A DNA stretch of 64,000 bases from Alphaproteobacteria bacterium (GCA_013289265.1 JABDAH010000002.1:8581-72580), one strand, 5' to 3'. Positions 54,589 through 64,000 are shown, counted from the first letter of the stretch. Notes: generated by a model not told the origin, from the letters alone. Made by a program: numbers and translations.

Positions 54589-55821
54589 ATGAACATTGAA
54601 AACGGCATTTTCTCGGAAGCCACGGGTTTGCGCTGGCTATTTGTCGATATGAACGGCTACTTCGCTTCATGCGAACAGCAGGATAATCCGGCACTGCGCG
54701 GCAAACCCGTTATCGTGGCCCCCGTCATGACGGATTCGACATCTGCGATTGCGGCGAGCTACGAAGCAAAAGCCTTCGGCATTAAAACCGGAACCAAAAT
54801 ATGGGAAGCCAAGAAACTCTGCCCCGACATTAAGATCGTTCCTGCGCGTCATAAACTCTACACTGAGTATCATCACAAATTTGTGGCCGCCATAGAAGCC
54901 TGCATTCCTATCGAAGCAGTGAGATCAATCGATGAAGTTGCTTGCCGGCTGGATAAAGTTCAATGCCAGCCGGAGAAAGCAAGGGCCCTTGCACTCGCCA
55001 TCAAACAATCCATTCGTGATCATGCTGGCGAGTTTCTGAAATGCTCCATCGGCATTGCCAGCAGCAGTTTGCTGGCGAAGCTGGCATCCGATATGCAAAA
55101 GCCCGACGGCCTCGTTGTTTTGGAACCCGCTGACTTGCCACAAGCTATCTTGCATCTGAAACCTCAAGCCATTTCCGGTATCGGATATAATATGGTGGAG
55201 CGCCTCCGCAGAAATGGCATCCATACCATGGCCGATTTATGGGCGATTGATGCACAACGCCTGCGGCGTATCTGGAATGGCATTGGGGGCTTACGTTTTC
55301 ATACGGAGCTACACGGCGTTGATCTGCAGAGACCGGAGAGTTCGCGTCACAGTATCAGTCATCAGCATGTCCTGGCACCGAAGGAGCGTAACAAGGAAAC
55401 CTGTGCTCTCATCATGCGCCAACATGTTGTGCGCCTCGGCCAAAGGTTGCGCGATGAAGGTTTCTACGCAAGCCGCATGTATATTCAAGTGAAGTGGGCC
55501 AATCATCAAGGCTACTACGTTGATGAAGCCAGCTTTAAACAAACGCAGGATACCAGTTATTTGCTACCTATTCTTACCAATCTCTGGCGCAAGATTCCAA
55601 ACCTACAGCCTTTGCGTATCGGCGTTGTGATGGCGGGCCTGACATCTCAAACCAATCACCAGCCCGACTTATTCGATCAACCCAAACCCGCCAGCCTGAC
55701 CAAAGCGATTGACGCGCTGAACGGAAAGTTCGGGCGCGGCACTATTCATTACGGCGCGTCCCTGCCCGCCATGACCAGCAAGATCGCGTTTAACCGCATT
55801 CCGGGATTGAAGGAGTTTTAG
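54589..55821 (+). CDS. Y-family DNA polymerase, UmuC-like
   Basis: LFVDMNGYFASCEQ (compare UmuC DVNAFYASCE), GKPVIV, and the SIDEVACRLD catalytic DE pair. 410 aa. Confidence 0.8.
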   Translation: MNIENGIFSEATGLRWLFVDMNGYFASCEQQDNPALRGKPVIVAPVMTDSTSAIAASYEAKAFGIKTGTKIWEAKKLCPDIKIVPARHKLYTEYHHKFVAAIEACIPIEAVRSIDEVACRLDKVQCQPEKARALALAIKQSIRDHAGEFLKCSIGIASSSLLAKLASDMQKPDGLVVLEPADLPQAILHLKPQAISGIGYNMVERLRRNGIHTMADLWAIDAQRLRRIWNGIGGLRFHTELHGVDLQRPESSRHSISHQHVLAPKERNKETCALIMRQHVVRLGQRLRDEGFYASRMYIQVKWANHQGYYVDEASFKQTQDTSYLLPILTNLWRKIPNLQPLRIGVVMAGLTSQTNHQPDLFDQPKPASLTKAIDALNGKFGRGTIHYGASLPAMTSKIAFNRIPGLKEF

Positions 55822-57014
55822 TGCTGGGCTCTGTGTTGCTGGCCAACGATCAGGATAAGCAATCCGATAAAAGCCGTGGCCGCCATCACCGTAAAGATCG
55901 GCAGGCTGCTTTTCGAGTTAAAAAGGCCAACGCCGGTCGAGGCGAATGCCCCTACCCCCATTTGTATAAAACCAAGCAAGGCTGAGGCGCTGCCGATATT
56001 TTTGCTGAACGGCGCCAGCGCAATAGCGGCAGCATTGGGGTATGCGATGCCGCAGCAGGCGAGATAACACAAAGTCAGCCCGACGATTTCTTCAAGATTA
56101 TACCAGCCGCTTAGGACACTTATCAGCATAGTCAGAATGACAATGTTCTGACACATCAGCGCAGTCTTCAACACCTTGCGATCCTCATGCCGTCGCGACA
56201 ACAAGACATTGACCTGACTGCCCCCGATAAAGCCGCAGGCCAACATGGCAAATATCAAACTATAAATGCGCTGGTTGAGATGGAACGTATCGATAAAAAT
56301 AATCGGCGATCCGGCGACGTAAACAAACAAACCGGCGAAAGCGAAAGCGCCCGCAAAAGCGTAGGTAGCGAAATGCCTGCAGGTGATAATCTCGAAAAAG
56401 CCAGCCAGAATACGCGCTGGTTTTAACGAAATAGTCGGGTCGGGCTTGTGGCCTTCCGGCAAGAAGAACCCAACAGCCCCCATGACAATGATGGCAAAAC
56501 CGGCGAGGAAAACAAAAATCCATTGCCAGCCGACGGAGGCAACAATGAAGCTGCCAATGCTTGGCGCAAACAGCGGCGATACGCTAAGAACGAGAAACAA
56601 AAGCGAAAGAATTTTTGCGCTTTCTTTCACGGGAAAGAAATCGCGCACCATCGAAAGGGCCGCAACTTGCGCGACGCATCCACCGAGCGCCTGCAAAATA
56701 CGGAAAGCGATAAAGCATTCGGCATTTTTTGAAAGCATGCAGCCGACAGACGCAACGATAAAGAAACAAAGCCCGGCATAAAGCGGTTTCTTGCGGCCAA
56801 AACGGTCAAGCATCGGGCCATAAAAAAGCTGTCCAATGGCGAGGCCGATAAAATAACCGGAGACCGAGAGCGATATTTTGGCCGACGTCGTCCCCAGTTC
56901 GCGCGCGATATCCGGAAAGGCCGGTAAATACATATCAATCGAAAACGGACTGACAGTGCTGAGGGCACCCAGAATAAGAATAATAAAGAAATTTTCGCGG
57001 CGGCTACGAGTCAT
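55818..57014 (-). CDS. MFS transporter, Bcr/CflA-type drug-resistance family
   Basis: 12 TM segments and MFS motif A (GPMLDRFGRKKPL). 398 aa. Confidence 0.8.
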   Translation of the reverse strand: MTRSRRENFFIILILGALSTVSPFSIDMYLPAFPDIARELGTTSAKISLSVSGYFIGLAIGQLFYGPMLDRFGRKKPLYAGLCFFIVASVGCMLSKNAECFIAFRILQALGGCVAQVAALSMVRDFFPVKESAKILSLLFLVLSVSPLFAPSIGSFIVASVGWQWIFVFLAGFAIIVMGAVGFFLPEGHKPDPTISLKPARILAGFFEIITCRHFATYAFAGAFAFAGLFVYVAGSPIIFIDTFHLNQRIYSLIFAMLACGFIGGSQVNVLLSRRHEDRKVLKTALMCQNIVILTMLISVLSGWYNLEEIVGLTLCYLACCGIAYPNAAAIALAPFSKNIGSASALLGFIQMGVGAFASTGVGLFNSKSSLPIFTVMAATAFIGLLILIVGQQHRAQH

Positions 57015-57049
57015 GCAACGGTTTTAGACAAAGCCTAGCCCTAATGCAA

Positions 57050-57460
57050 TCACTCCCAATTCTGAAGCACCCATTCTAATTGGTCGCTGCGTTCTGCATT
57101 AAGGACGGCAACGCATGCGAGACGCATGTCCTCAGCACCGTTGCCACTTGCAGCCACAGCAGCATAAAACGCGCACTTCTTTTTGCGGTAGATCTGGAAG
57201 GCTTGTTTATCTTCTTTAAAAGCTTTTTTTAGTTTTGCGATATATTCCGGATCTTCTTCTCGTCGAGAAAGACGCATAAGAAAATCCGCTTCGATCCCCA
57301 GAAGGGTTACGTCATTATCGGCAGCAGCCTGCGCAACACAATCGCTCATTTCCGGATGCGCATGATTTTGCCAACATGTTTTGATTAAGCTGTCGATATC
57401 GCCCGCATGAACAGGTCGGGCCAACGACAGCAAGAGCAACGCGATTAAATATTTTGGCAT
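57050..57460 (-). CDS. Periplasmic DUF1311/LprI-like protein
   Basis: Signal peptide from M at 57460 (MPKYLIALLLLSLARPVHA). Conserved Cys pattern (..MSDCVAQA....YRKKKCAF..LACV..). Confidence 0.5.
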   Translation of the reverse strand: MPKYLIALLLLSLARPVHAGDIDSLIKTCWQNHAHPEMSDCVAQAAADNDVTLLGIEADFLMRLSRREEDPEYIAKLKKAFKEDKQAFQIYRKKKCAFYAAVAASGNGAEDMRLACVAVLNAERSDQLEWVLQNWE

Positions 57461-57529
57461 TTTTAATTCTTTTCCTAACGGCATTTGCCGATTTGCTTTC
57501 CGGTATATAATCGCTAACATATTTGAGGC

Positions 57530-58429
57530 ATGGAAAAAATTAAAAACGCAATTGAAAGCAATCCCGGCAGGTCGATGATCGTGACCAGCATTATTGGGCT
57601 GGCATTTCCTTACGGCCCGCTGATTCCCGATTACCTGATTGTCATCAGTTTATCGATTATGATTTTTCTATCCTGCTTTAAAATCGATAAGCCAATTCAT
57701 ACTACTTTATCGTCGAAGTTATTGATTTTCTGGGTGATGCGCTTTATTGCATTGCCAATTGCATTATGGGCGGTGTGCAAACAGTTTGCGCCCGATTATG
57801 CACTCGGCATTCTCCTGCTCGGCCTGTGTCCTGCAGGCGCATCTTCAGCCGGTCTTACGGGCCTCTATAACGGCAACGTCACGCTTGCGCTTCTCATCAC
57901 CATCATAAGCAATATCGCCAGCGTCTTGCTTATTCCTCTTGTCATCGGAACACTTCACCACACAGTTATTGATATGCCTATTCTAGGTTTACTGAAAACC
58001 TTATCGATCTGCATTTTGTTACCTGGCGCGCTTTATTTATTGCTGCGTCGCCGAGCAGCACTCATACGATACAGTCGCAATTATGGTCGCCTGACGATGG
58101 TTGTTCTCCTCAGCTTGATTACCTTTCTGGTGATAACCAAAAAGCGCGATTACTTTCTGACACACCCTCAGGATATTCTGGTGCCGTTGTTGATTGGCTT
58201 CGTCTTATATGCCGTTGCAATAATTTACGGTTTTAGCCTAAGAGGAAAAAATGCGGACCGAATTGCTTACAGTGTATGCTCGACTTTTAATAATACGGCT
58301 CTGGGCATAGGCTTGGCTCTGCTTTATTTTGACGAAAAGACCATTATCCTCATGATCGCAACCGAAATTACGTGGGCTCTCTTGCCGGCGATAATGCAAC
58401 CGCTTCTTAGGCGGCTACCGTCGGATTAA
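57530..58429 (+). CDS. Bile acid:Na+ symporter (BASS/SBF) family transporter
   Basis: About 9 TM segments. ..LLLGLCPAGASSAGLTGLYNGNVTLAL.. resembles the SBF signature. Confidence 0.6.
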   Translation: MEKIKNAIESNPGRSMIVTSIIGLAFPYGPLIPDYLIVISLSIMIFLSCFKIDKPIHTTLSSKLLIFWVMRFIALPIALWAVCKQFAPDYALGILLLGLCPAGASSAGLTGLYNGNVTLALLITIISNIASVLLIPLVIGTLHHTVIDMPILGLLKTLSICILLPGALYLLLRRRAALIRYSRNYGRLTMVVLLSLITFLVITKKRDYFLTHPQDILVPLLIGFVLYAVAIIYGFSLRGKNADRIAYSVCSTFNNTALGIGLALLYFDEKTIILMIATEITWALLPAIMQPLLRRLPSD

Positions 58430-59190
58430 TCCTCATCCGGCGCTTCGAGTGTAGCAGGCCGGTCTGGCATCAGCATACTCATCAGTTTCTTGGCCTCATT
58501 CCCTTTGGGATTTAGCGCGAGTAAAGCGCGCTCGTCATTCTCATGCGCCATGATGATGGGGATAACATTGGCGATGCTGCTTTGGTCCGTTAGCTGCAGG
58601 AATACGCCGTCCGTCTCCGTTGCCAGCTTTTCATAGGCGGCCCTGCTCGCTTCATCCTTGCCGGTATGAAAGCAGTGAATACGCACGCCTTGCTGCTTTA
58701 GCTCTTCCGCTTTCTTCAGTGCTTCTTCGATATTCTCATCAAAGCGGTGGCCGACGATGACCAGCGTGTCTACCAACTCGCCGTGACTGTCGGCAAAGGC
58801 ATCAGCAAAACGGGTTTTGCTTTGTTCACATTCCCATTTGCGCGCTTCCGCTGCAGCCTTGAAAGGCTTTTTATTCCATTTGGAGCGATGAATACAGCCA
58901 TCCAAAAAAGCCGTGATGCGCAGTTCCAAATTCTCCGGTTTCGTCGCGCTACCAAAGACTTCTTTTTGAATATCATCGACAGCATCGGACACCGTTGCCA
59001 CGCGCGATGGATCGCCTGTTACCATAATCTCAACGCGGCGACGCGCCGCCTGGGGCTTCCATCCACCGTTAGCGCGGAGAATACCATCTTCGCCTAACTG
59101 GGGGCCCGCGCGAACGGCTTCTTCGGATAATTTCAACCCGCGCAGAAAATCACCCAAGCGTCCGGAGAGGTTTTTCAAAATCGCGCTCAT
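58426..59190 (-). CDS. Hypothetical soluble protein (254 aa), coupled to 59187-60101
   Basis: ATGA overlap with the upstream gene. A Rossmann-like stretch (LVIVGHRFDENIEEALKKAEELKQQGVRIHCFHTG). No family recognised. Confidence 0.5.
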   Translation of the reverse strand: MSAILKNLSGRLGDFLRGLKLSEEAVRAGPQLGEDGILRANGGWKPQAARRRVEIMVTGDPSRVATVSDAVDDIQKEVFGSATKPENLELRITAFLDGCIHRSKWNKKPFKAAAEARKWECEQSKTRFADAFADSHGELVDTLVIVGHRFDENIEEALKKAEELKQQGVRIHCFHTGKDEASRAAYEKLATETDGVFLQLTDQSSIANVIPIIMAHENDERALLALNPKGNEAKKLMSMLMPDRPATLEAPDED

Positions 59191-60101
59191 CTCATATCCC
59201 TCAGCCTAGTATAAAGATCACAAGCGCCGAAAGTAGCAACAGGAATGGCATGAAAAATATCCGGCATTTCCGGCGGTTTGGCGCTATCGCGTTCATCTTC
59301 GCGCACCGTCATATTCTTCGCATAATATTTATTACAGGTAATTTCCAAAGGCTCTGCCCTGCCATCGACAGAGATTTTAAGGGTATCGGTAATACCAATA
59401 ACGGTTGCGATGCGCGTCAGATGCGACAGCGGGTAATCAATATAAAGGGGCTTCGGCCCCAATTCGTGGTCGCGGTTCATATTTTCGACCAATTCCAACT
59501 CGCGGCGCTTCACGCCCGGCATATCACGGTCGATCACAACTGAAATAGCCACAACAGCCGCGAGGGCAATGACTGAGCCGATAAGAATCCGGCGGTGATA
59601 TCCGGCCAGAATGCCGCGCACAGCATGGTAGGCCCCCACCAGAAAAACCAGAACGCTGGCGCCAAAGGCACTGGAGAAGCCCCATTGATACAAAATCAAA
59701 ATCGCCACGAGCGGCGCGATGTAAATCAGCGAATGAAGGGAAGCCCTGCCCGCCTGAATGATCTGCCCCTTCACGCGGTATGAGAGATGCATGGCGCGAT
59801 ATTTCGCGTTTTCCTGCATCACCTGTCTCAACTGCTTGCCCAGCTTGCTGTTCACATCCTGCAAAGCGGCTGCATCACGCGCGGCCTTCAAAATCGCATC
59901 AAAGCTGACGCCGATTTCACGGGTCAATCGCCGCGCACGTTCAAAAGCGGTTTGCGCTTCGGCATCGTCGCTGGAACTCATGCGGTTGAAGGCAGCGCCA
60001 AGTTCGCGCTGTTTGCGCGCATGAATATCTTCGTCATGATCGATGCGGCTTCCCGCTGGGATCAATGCGCCGAATTTTCGGTTTTGTTCTAAATCATCCA
60101 T
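59187..60101 (-). CDS. Hypothetical membrane protein (304 aa; coiled N-terminus, about 3 TM, C-terminal soluble domain)
   Basis: TM blocks (LIYIAPLVAILILY, ASVLVFLVGAY, IGSVIALAAVVAISVVI). No family recognised. Confidence 0.5.
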   Translation of the reverse strand: MDDLEQNRKFGALIPAGSRIDHDEDIHARKQRELGAAFNRMSSSDDAEAQTAFERARRLTREIGVSFDAILKAARDAAALQDVNSKLGKQLRQVMQENAKYRAMHLSYRVKGQIIQAGRASLHSLIYIAPLVAILILYQWGFSSAFGASVLVFLVGAYHAVRGILAGYHRRILIGSVIALAAVVAISVVIDRDMPGVKRRELELVENMNRDHELGPKPLYIDYPLSHLTRIATVIGITDTLKISVDGRAEPLEITCNKYYAKNMTVREDERDSAKPPEMPDIFHAIPVATFGACDLYTRLRDMR

Positions 60102-60265
60102 AATTCACTGCCTGCACAATAGCGGCCAACAAGTACCATACCGCGCTTTGCTACTCCAACTCTTCAGCCGAGCCAAGCAAAAGACAGCATTAATCCCAAA
60201 TAATAGCTATTTAATGCAATTATTTACCATGGAAAATTTATTAAGCTGTTTCCTAACGTTACTGG

Positions 60266-60997
60266 ATGCCTGAAGGTCCATCCATAGTTATTTTAAAAGA
60301 GCTGGCCGCCCCTTTTACAGGCAAAACAGTGTTAACCGTCGGCGGCAATTCCAAACAGGAAATAAGCCGCGCGCTTGACCAAAAAGTTATAGCTTTCAAA
60401 AGCTGGGGCAAGCATTTTCTTATCTGCTTCAAAAGCTTTACCATCAAAATACATTTTCTGCTTTTCGGCTCTTACCGCATCAACGAAGAACGGGAGATGG
60501 AACCGCGCCTCAGTTTAAAATTTAAAAATGGCACGATGAATTTTTATGCCTGCTCTGTTAAGATTCTGGAAGGCGATCTGGATAAGATTTACGATTGGGC
60601 AACGGACGTAATGTCTGATAGCTGGGATGCGAAGGCGGCAAAAAAGAAACTGCAACAGCACCCCAAAATGCTCGTGTGCGATGCGTTGCTCGATCAAAAT
60701 ATTTTTGCTGGATCAGGCAATATTATAAAAAACGAAGTCCTGTTCCGCCTCAAAATTCACCCAAAATCCAAAGTTGGCGCTTTACCGGTTCGAAAACTAA
60801 ACGAACTTATCAAGGAAGTCCGAATTTATAGTTTTGATTTTCTGAAGTGGAAAAAGGCCTTTGTTTTAAGGAAACACTGGTTAGCCCATACCAAGAAAAC
60901 CTGTCCCCGGTGCAAAGTCCCATTGATAAAGGAATATATGGGCACGCATCATCGGCGCACCTTCTTTTGCCAAAAATGCCAGATTTGCTATAAATAA
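60266..60997 (+). CDS. Fpg/Nei-family DNA glycosylase (endonuclease VIII-like)
   Basis: N-terminal MPEGPS (catalytic Pro2/Glu3), H2TH region (GSGNIIKNEVLFRLKIHP), C-terminal zinc finger (CPRC..CQKC). Confidence 0.85.
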   Translation: MPEGPSIVILKELAAPFTGKTVLTVGGNSKQEISRALDQKVIAFKSWGKHFLICFKSFTIKIHFLLFGSYRINEEREMEPRLSLKFKNGTMNFYACSVKILEGDLDKIYDWATDVMSDSWDAKAAKKKLQQHPKMLVCDALLDQNIFAGSGNIIKNEVLFRLKIHPKSKVGALPVRKLNELIKEVRIYSFDFLKWKKAFVLRKHWLAHTKKTCPRCKVPLIKEYMGTHHRRTFFCQKCQICYK

Positions 60998-61020
60998 AGC
61001 CGATTTCGCATTATGAGGAA

Positions 61021-61106
61021 TGGTGGACAGAGAAGGATTCGAACCTTCGTACTCGTGAGAGGGCAGATTTACAGTCTGCTGCCATTAACCGCTCGGCCAT
61101 CTGTCC
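61021..61106 (-). tRNA. tRNA-Tyr (anticodon GUA), CCA encoded
   Basis: Reverse complement reads GGACAGATGGCCGAGCGGTTAATGGCAGCAGACTGTAAATCTGCCCTCTCACGAGTACGAAGGTTCGAATCCTTCTCTGTCCACCA. Long variable arm. Confidence 0.95.
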
Positions 61107-61222
61107 TATATATAGGAAAGGGGTGAAGTAACGGAATTTGCTTGCGCTTGTCAATGCCGCAAGTATTAGTGGGCCCCGGAAAATCATTGAAAATCGACTT
61201 TTGCCCTGAAAGACATTAAATT

Positions 61223-62446
61223 ATGAAACAATCACATCAACCGCGCCGCAGCGGATCCTCAGGAAAAAGTGGCTTTGGGGGCAAGAAACGCTTTTATACC
61301 GACAAGTCCAAACCCAAGGGCAAAGGCCAATATCCGGATGCGCGCCCGCCTGCCGTCCATATGGATACGCCGCCAGGGACATACACAGCGTCGGATCGGG
61401 ATAAAAAACGCAATAATGGTAAAAGAGGCTTTGGTGGTTTTAACAAAGGCAAGCCCCGCAGCGATGGTCCTTTTTCCAATACGAAGTTAAGAGAGCGGGA
61501 AGAAACGCCACCCTCGCGCAATAAATCCAAATCCAAGCCGCACAAGTCAGGTTTCGCTAAACCCGGCTTCGTTAAACCGGCACATGGCAAGCCTGCTTTT
61601 ACTAAACCGGCCTTTACCAAACCTGCTTTTGCTAAAGCTGCACCGCGCAAAGTTTTTGCCACAACGCCTGCAGCCTCTGCAGGTAAAGATAAGCCAGAAC
61701 GGGATACCGTTCTGATCTGGGGCTTACACGCTGTTCGCGCCGCCTGGCTGAATCCCAAGCGCCGGTGCTTCCGCCTGTGGCTGACAGAATCCGGCAAGAC
61801 CAGCCTTGAACCCAGCATGGGCGAGGCGAAGGAGCAATTGCTTAAACGCCCTGATGCCAAAATCGTTGACCGTCACGAACTCGACCGCCTGACGCCGCCC
61901 GGCAGCGTACATCAGGGTATTTTGCTGGAAGTAGCCCCCCTGCCCGAGCCGCCTCTGCACGAAATTATCGGCGGTGATAATCCGCCGGATATTATCGTCA
62001 TGCTGGATCAGGTTACAGACCCGCATAATGTCGGCGCGATCTTACGCTCTGCAGCTGCCTTTGGCGCTGGCGCTGTGATTATGACGGAGCGCAATGCGCC
62101 GATCATGACAGGTGTGCAAGCGAAATCAGCCTCCGGCGCTACGGAACATGTCGCCCATATTCATGTCGTCAATCTGGCGCGCTCGCTGGACGAGTTGCAA
62201 AAAGCCGGTTACTGGTGTGTGGGCCTCGCCGAAGAAGGTGAGAAACAACTGAGCGAACTGGATCTATCCGGTCGCACTGTTATCGTTCTCGGCAATGAAG
62301 GCGAAGGACTGCGGCAGTTAACACGCAAGAAATGCGATGAGCTGGCACGACTTCCGACCGGCGGCCCTATCGGCAGTCTGAACGTTTCGAACGCTGCAGC
62401 AGTAGCGCTTTATGAAATCCGCCGGCAGAAGAAATCGTTTGGCTAA
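61223..62446 (+). CDS. rlmB: 23S rRNA (guanosine-2'-O)-methyltransferase RlmB-like SpoU/TrmH enzyme with a ~150-aa basic repeat-containing N-terminal extension
   Basis: C-terminal SpoU domain (LDQVTDPHNVGAILRSAAAFG..LGNEGEGLR..SLNVSNAAAVALYE). The N-terminus is K/R/G/P-rich with KP(A/G)F(T/V/A) pentapeptide repeats. Confidence 0.85.
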   Translation: MKQSHQPRRSGSSGKSGFGGKKRFYTDKSKPKGKGQYPDARPPAVHMDTPPGTYTASDRDKKRNNGKRGFGGFNKGKPRSDGPFSNTKLREREETPPSRNKSKSKPHKSGFAKPGFVKPAHGKPAFTKPAFTKPAFAKAAPRKVFATTPAASAGKDKPERDTVLIWGLHAVRAAWLNPKRRCFRLWLTESGKTSLEPSMGEAKEQLLKRPDAKIVDRHELDRLTPPGSVHQGILLEVAPLPEPPLHEIIGGDNPPDIIVMLDQVTDPHNVGAILRSAAAFGAGAVIMTERNAPIMTGVQAKSASGATEHVAHIHVVNLARSLDELQKAGYWCVGLAEEGEKQLSELDLSGRTVIVLGNEGEGLRQLTRKKCDELARLPTGGPIGSLNVSNAAAVALYEIRRQKKSFG

Positions 62447-62488
62447 CTAACGTTGCCTAACCACTCAGATTCGGATCACAATAAAAAA

Positions 62489-62516
62489 GGCGCTAACCGT
62501 AGTTAGCGCCTTTTCT
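62489..62516. terminator. Bidirectional rho-independent terminator
   Basis: AAAAAA-GGCGCTAAC-cgta-GTTAGCGCC-TTTTCT, located between convergent genes. Confidence 0.8.
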
Positions 62517-62529
62517 AAATTGTAATTAC

Positions 62530-62850
62530 TTACTGCTGTTCGTCATGATTCATAATATTGCGATCCACATCTTTTTCGGTTTTCTTCTCAGAAATCGCTG
62601 AACGGTTAGCGCCGATCTTTACGCTATCAAGCGCCTGCTCTGTCGTGTCGCCGTTAGCTTTGGCGCGGGCTTTCTTGGCGCGATTGACAGCGAGGTTAGT
62701 CTCGTCATGACCGATGGCAACATTATCTTTGTGAATAGCTGCTGCATCTGACTGCACATCGCTGCTCTTGCTATCCATATAGCTTTGCGCAAAGGATGGC
62801 GCCGTAAGGCAGAACAAAAGACCTAAAGCAAAAAGGACCGCTTTTTTCAT
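62530..62850 (-). CDS. Small secreted hypothetical protein (106 aa)
   Basis: Signal peptide from the ATG at 62850 (MKKAVLFALGLLFCLTAPSFA|QS). The longer track ORF is rejected. Confidence 0.55.
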   Translation of the reverse strand: MKKAVLFALGLLFCLTAPSFAQSYMDSKSSDVQSDAAAIHKDNVAIGHDETNLAVNRAKKARAKANGDTTEQALDSVKIGANRSAISEKKTEKDVDRNIMNHDEQQ

Positions 62851-62981
62851 GAAACTCTCCCAATGATTGATACAAGGTTCAGCCTGACCAGACTGAATAG
62901 CAAACAACCTATGGTGCCCCCCCATGAGAGGAAATGTGCTTTGCCTTCTAAAAATGTAAAGAAAGCATAAGGGATATCGAC

Positions 62982-64000
62982 TTATGGCTTTGCTGCAGGA
63001 AGCGACGCCTGCCCCTTGGCTTGGGCAATCAATGCCCCGCAATCACTGTCTTTACCGACACCCGTTTCTATAAAGGGTATGATGGCGGCGATAGGCGTTA
63101 GGAAAACGCTGAGAATGGCGGCACCTGCAGCACGTCCTGTCGTTTCTTTCAGATCGACGGAAACAGAAGGATGTTTTAAGACGCCCGTCACAATAATTGG
63201 TGCATGTGCCGTGATCGTCGGACTTTTCGGCTCCGCTTCAATTTTGACGTCTATACTTTCATCCTTAAGATTCACATGCGCTGTACCGGCAATATTTGAA
63301 ATTGTCGTATCAAAAACGAAAACCTTGGATTCCAGCAGGCCATTGGTAACGCCAAAATCGGCAACGGCACAACGAATAGCTGTGGCCTTATCGTTGCCCA
63401 ACAAAATGGGCGCGGCCTTGCCGATATCCAGACCGGCAGCATCAACCAGCAACTGGCTGATTGTACCACCTGACATTACAAAGCCGACATGCCCATCACT
63501 GGCCCCCAAAACCTCAGCAACAGATTTACCATCACCCACCAAATGAAAATTGCCGCCGATAAGTCCGGCAGATAAAGGCTCAAACTGCGTACCGGCAAAG
63601 AATTGCTTCAATTTCATATGGGTTATGGAAAGGTCCGTTTCAGCATGGGGAATATTCTTAGTTCCGTCCAACACCAGCGATCCACCAATTTTACCGCTGG
63701 CAATGCCGAATTCCAGAGGATCAATGCGCAAGACGCCATCTCTCAGGTTAAACCTGACATTCATGTTGTCCATCGGCACGCCGGGGGCCAGAATCTTTTC
63801 TGCCTTCAGCGTTACATCCATATCCGTGGCGCGGAGACGTGAAAGATCAAGCGGCATATCCGGCAAAAGCCTGGGGCTGGCCTTTTCTTTTTGTGCTTTG
63901 GCGATTTGCGTGGCCGAGGTTTTTTCTCCCGGACGCGGCGCAGGAGTTGCGCCCGTGAAACCGGCCAGATCTTTCATATCCAGCAATTTGGATGTGAGCG
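62982..64000 (-). CDS. AsmA-family outer-membrane biogenesis protein, C-terminal part (continues beyond the window)
   Basis: The ORF is open to the window end. The repetitive beta-rich sequence (..LRIDPLEFGIASGKIGGSLVLDG..VADFGVTNGLLESKVFVFDT..) is typical of the AsmA C-terminal region. Confidence 0.6.
   Translation of the reverse strand, partial: LTSKLLDMKDLAGFTGATPAPRPGEKTSATQIAKAQKEKASPRLLPDMPLDLSRLRATDMDVTLKAEKILAPGVPMDNMNVRFNLRDGVLRIDPLEFGIASGKIGGSLVLDGTKNIPHAETDLSITHMKLKQFFAGTQFEPLSAGLIGGNFHLVGDGKSVAEVLGASDGHVGFVMSGGTISQLLVDAAGLDIGKAAPILLGNDKATAIRCAVADFGVTNGLLESKVFVFDTTISNIAGTAHVNLKDESIDVKIEAEPKSPTITAHAPIIVTGVLKHPSVSVDLKETTGRAAGAAILSVFLTPIAAIIPFIETGVGKDSDCGALIAQAKGQASLPAAKP

Overview
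All calls come from reading the sequence, the ORF track and remembered family motifs; no homology search was run. The window is a 64-kb chromosomal segment. Its synteny is most consistent with an alphaproteobacterium (inference): ffs-dnaX-ybaB-recR, folP-folK, RodZ-like/ispG, prfA-prmC, ubiG, ETF-QO, lysC and a complete kdpFABCDE operon. No rRNA genes and no CRISPR arrays were seen.

The left ~13 kb is accessory.
- A prophage-like remnant spans 1-8784. It holds a ParB-methyltransferase fusion, small and large terminase, an XRE regulator, DUF2924 and a large serine recombinase, but no portal, capsid or tail genes.
- Its recombinase end carries a tightly coupled two-gene cargo: a PD-(D/E)xK-like 413-aa protein and a TIGR02391/Ymh-like 249-aa protein. 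I rate this the best candidate for an undescribed defence-type system.
- A 3.85-kb islet follows. It is bracketed by 233-bp imperfect direct repeats that include the 3' end of tRNA-Ser(GCU). It carries a possible pentein-fold enzyme and a second unknown protein, and no integrase.

Next to tRNA-Ser lies a translationally coupled ~10-kb type IV filament / T2SS-MSHA-like locus.
- Recognisable parts are a lipoprotein secretin, two prepilins, an ATPase with a tandem MshEN-type motif, a GspF platform protein and a TPR protein.
- Three further components cannot be assigned.

A G/C-rich palindromic repeat family occurs in-frame inside ubiG. A second copy sits at the 5' end of the last pilus-locus gene.

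Other items are Fur/Irr-like operators in front of a cupredoxin/porin cluster, SRP RNA, and tRNA-Ser, tRNA-Arg and tRNA-Tyr.
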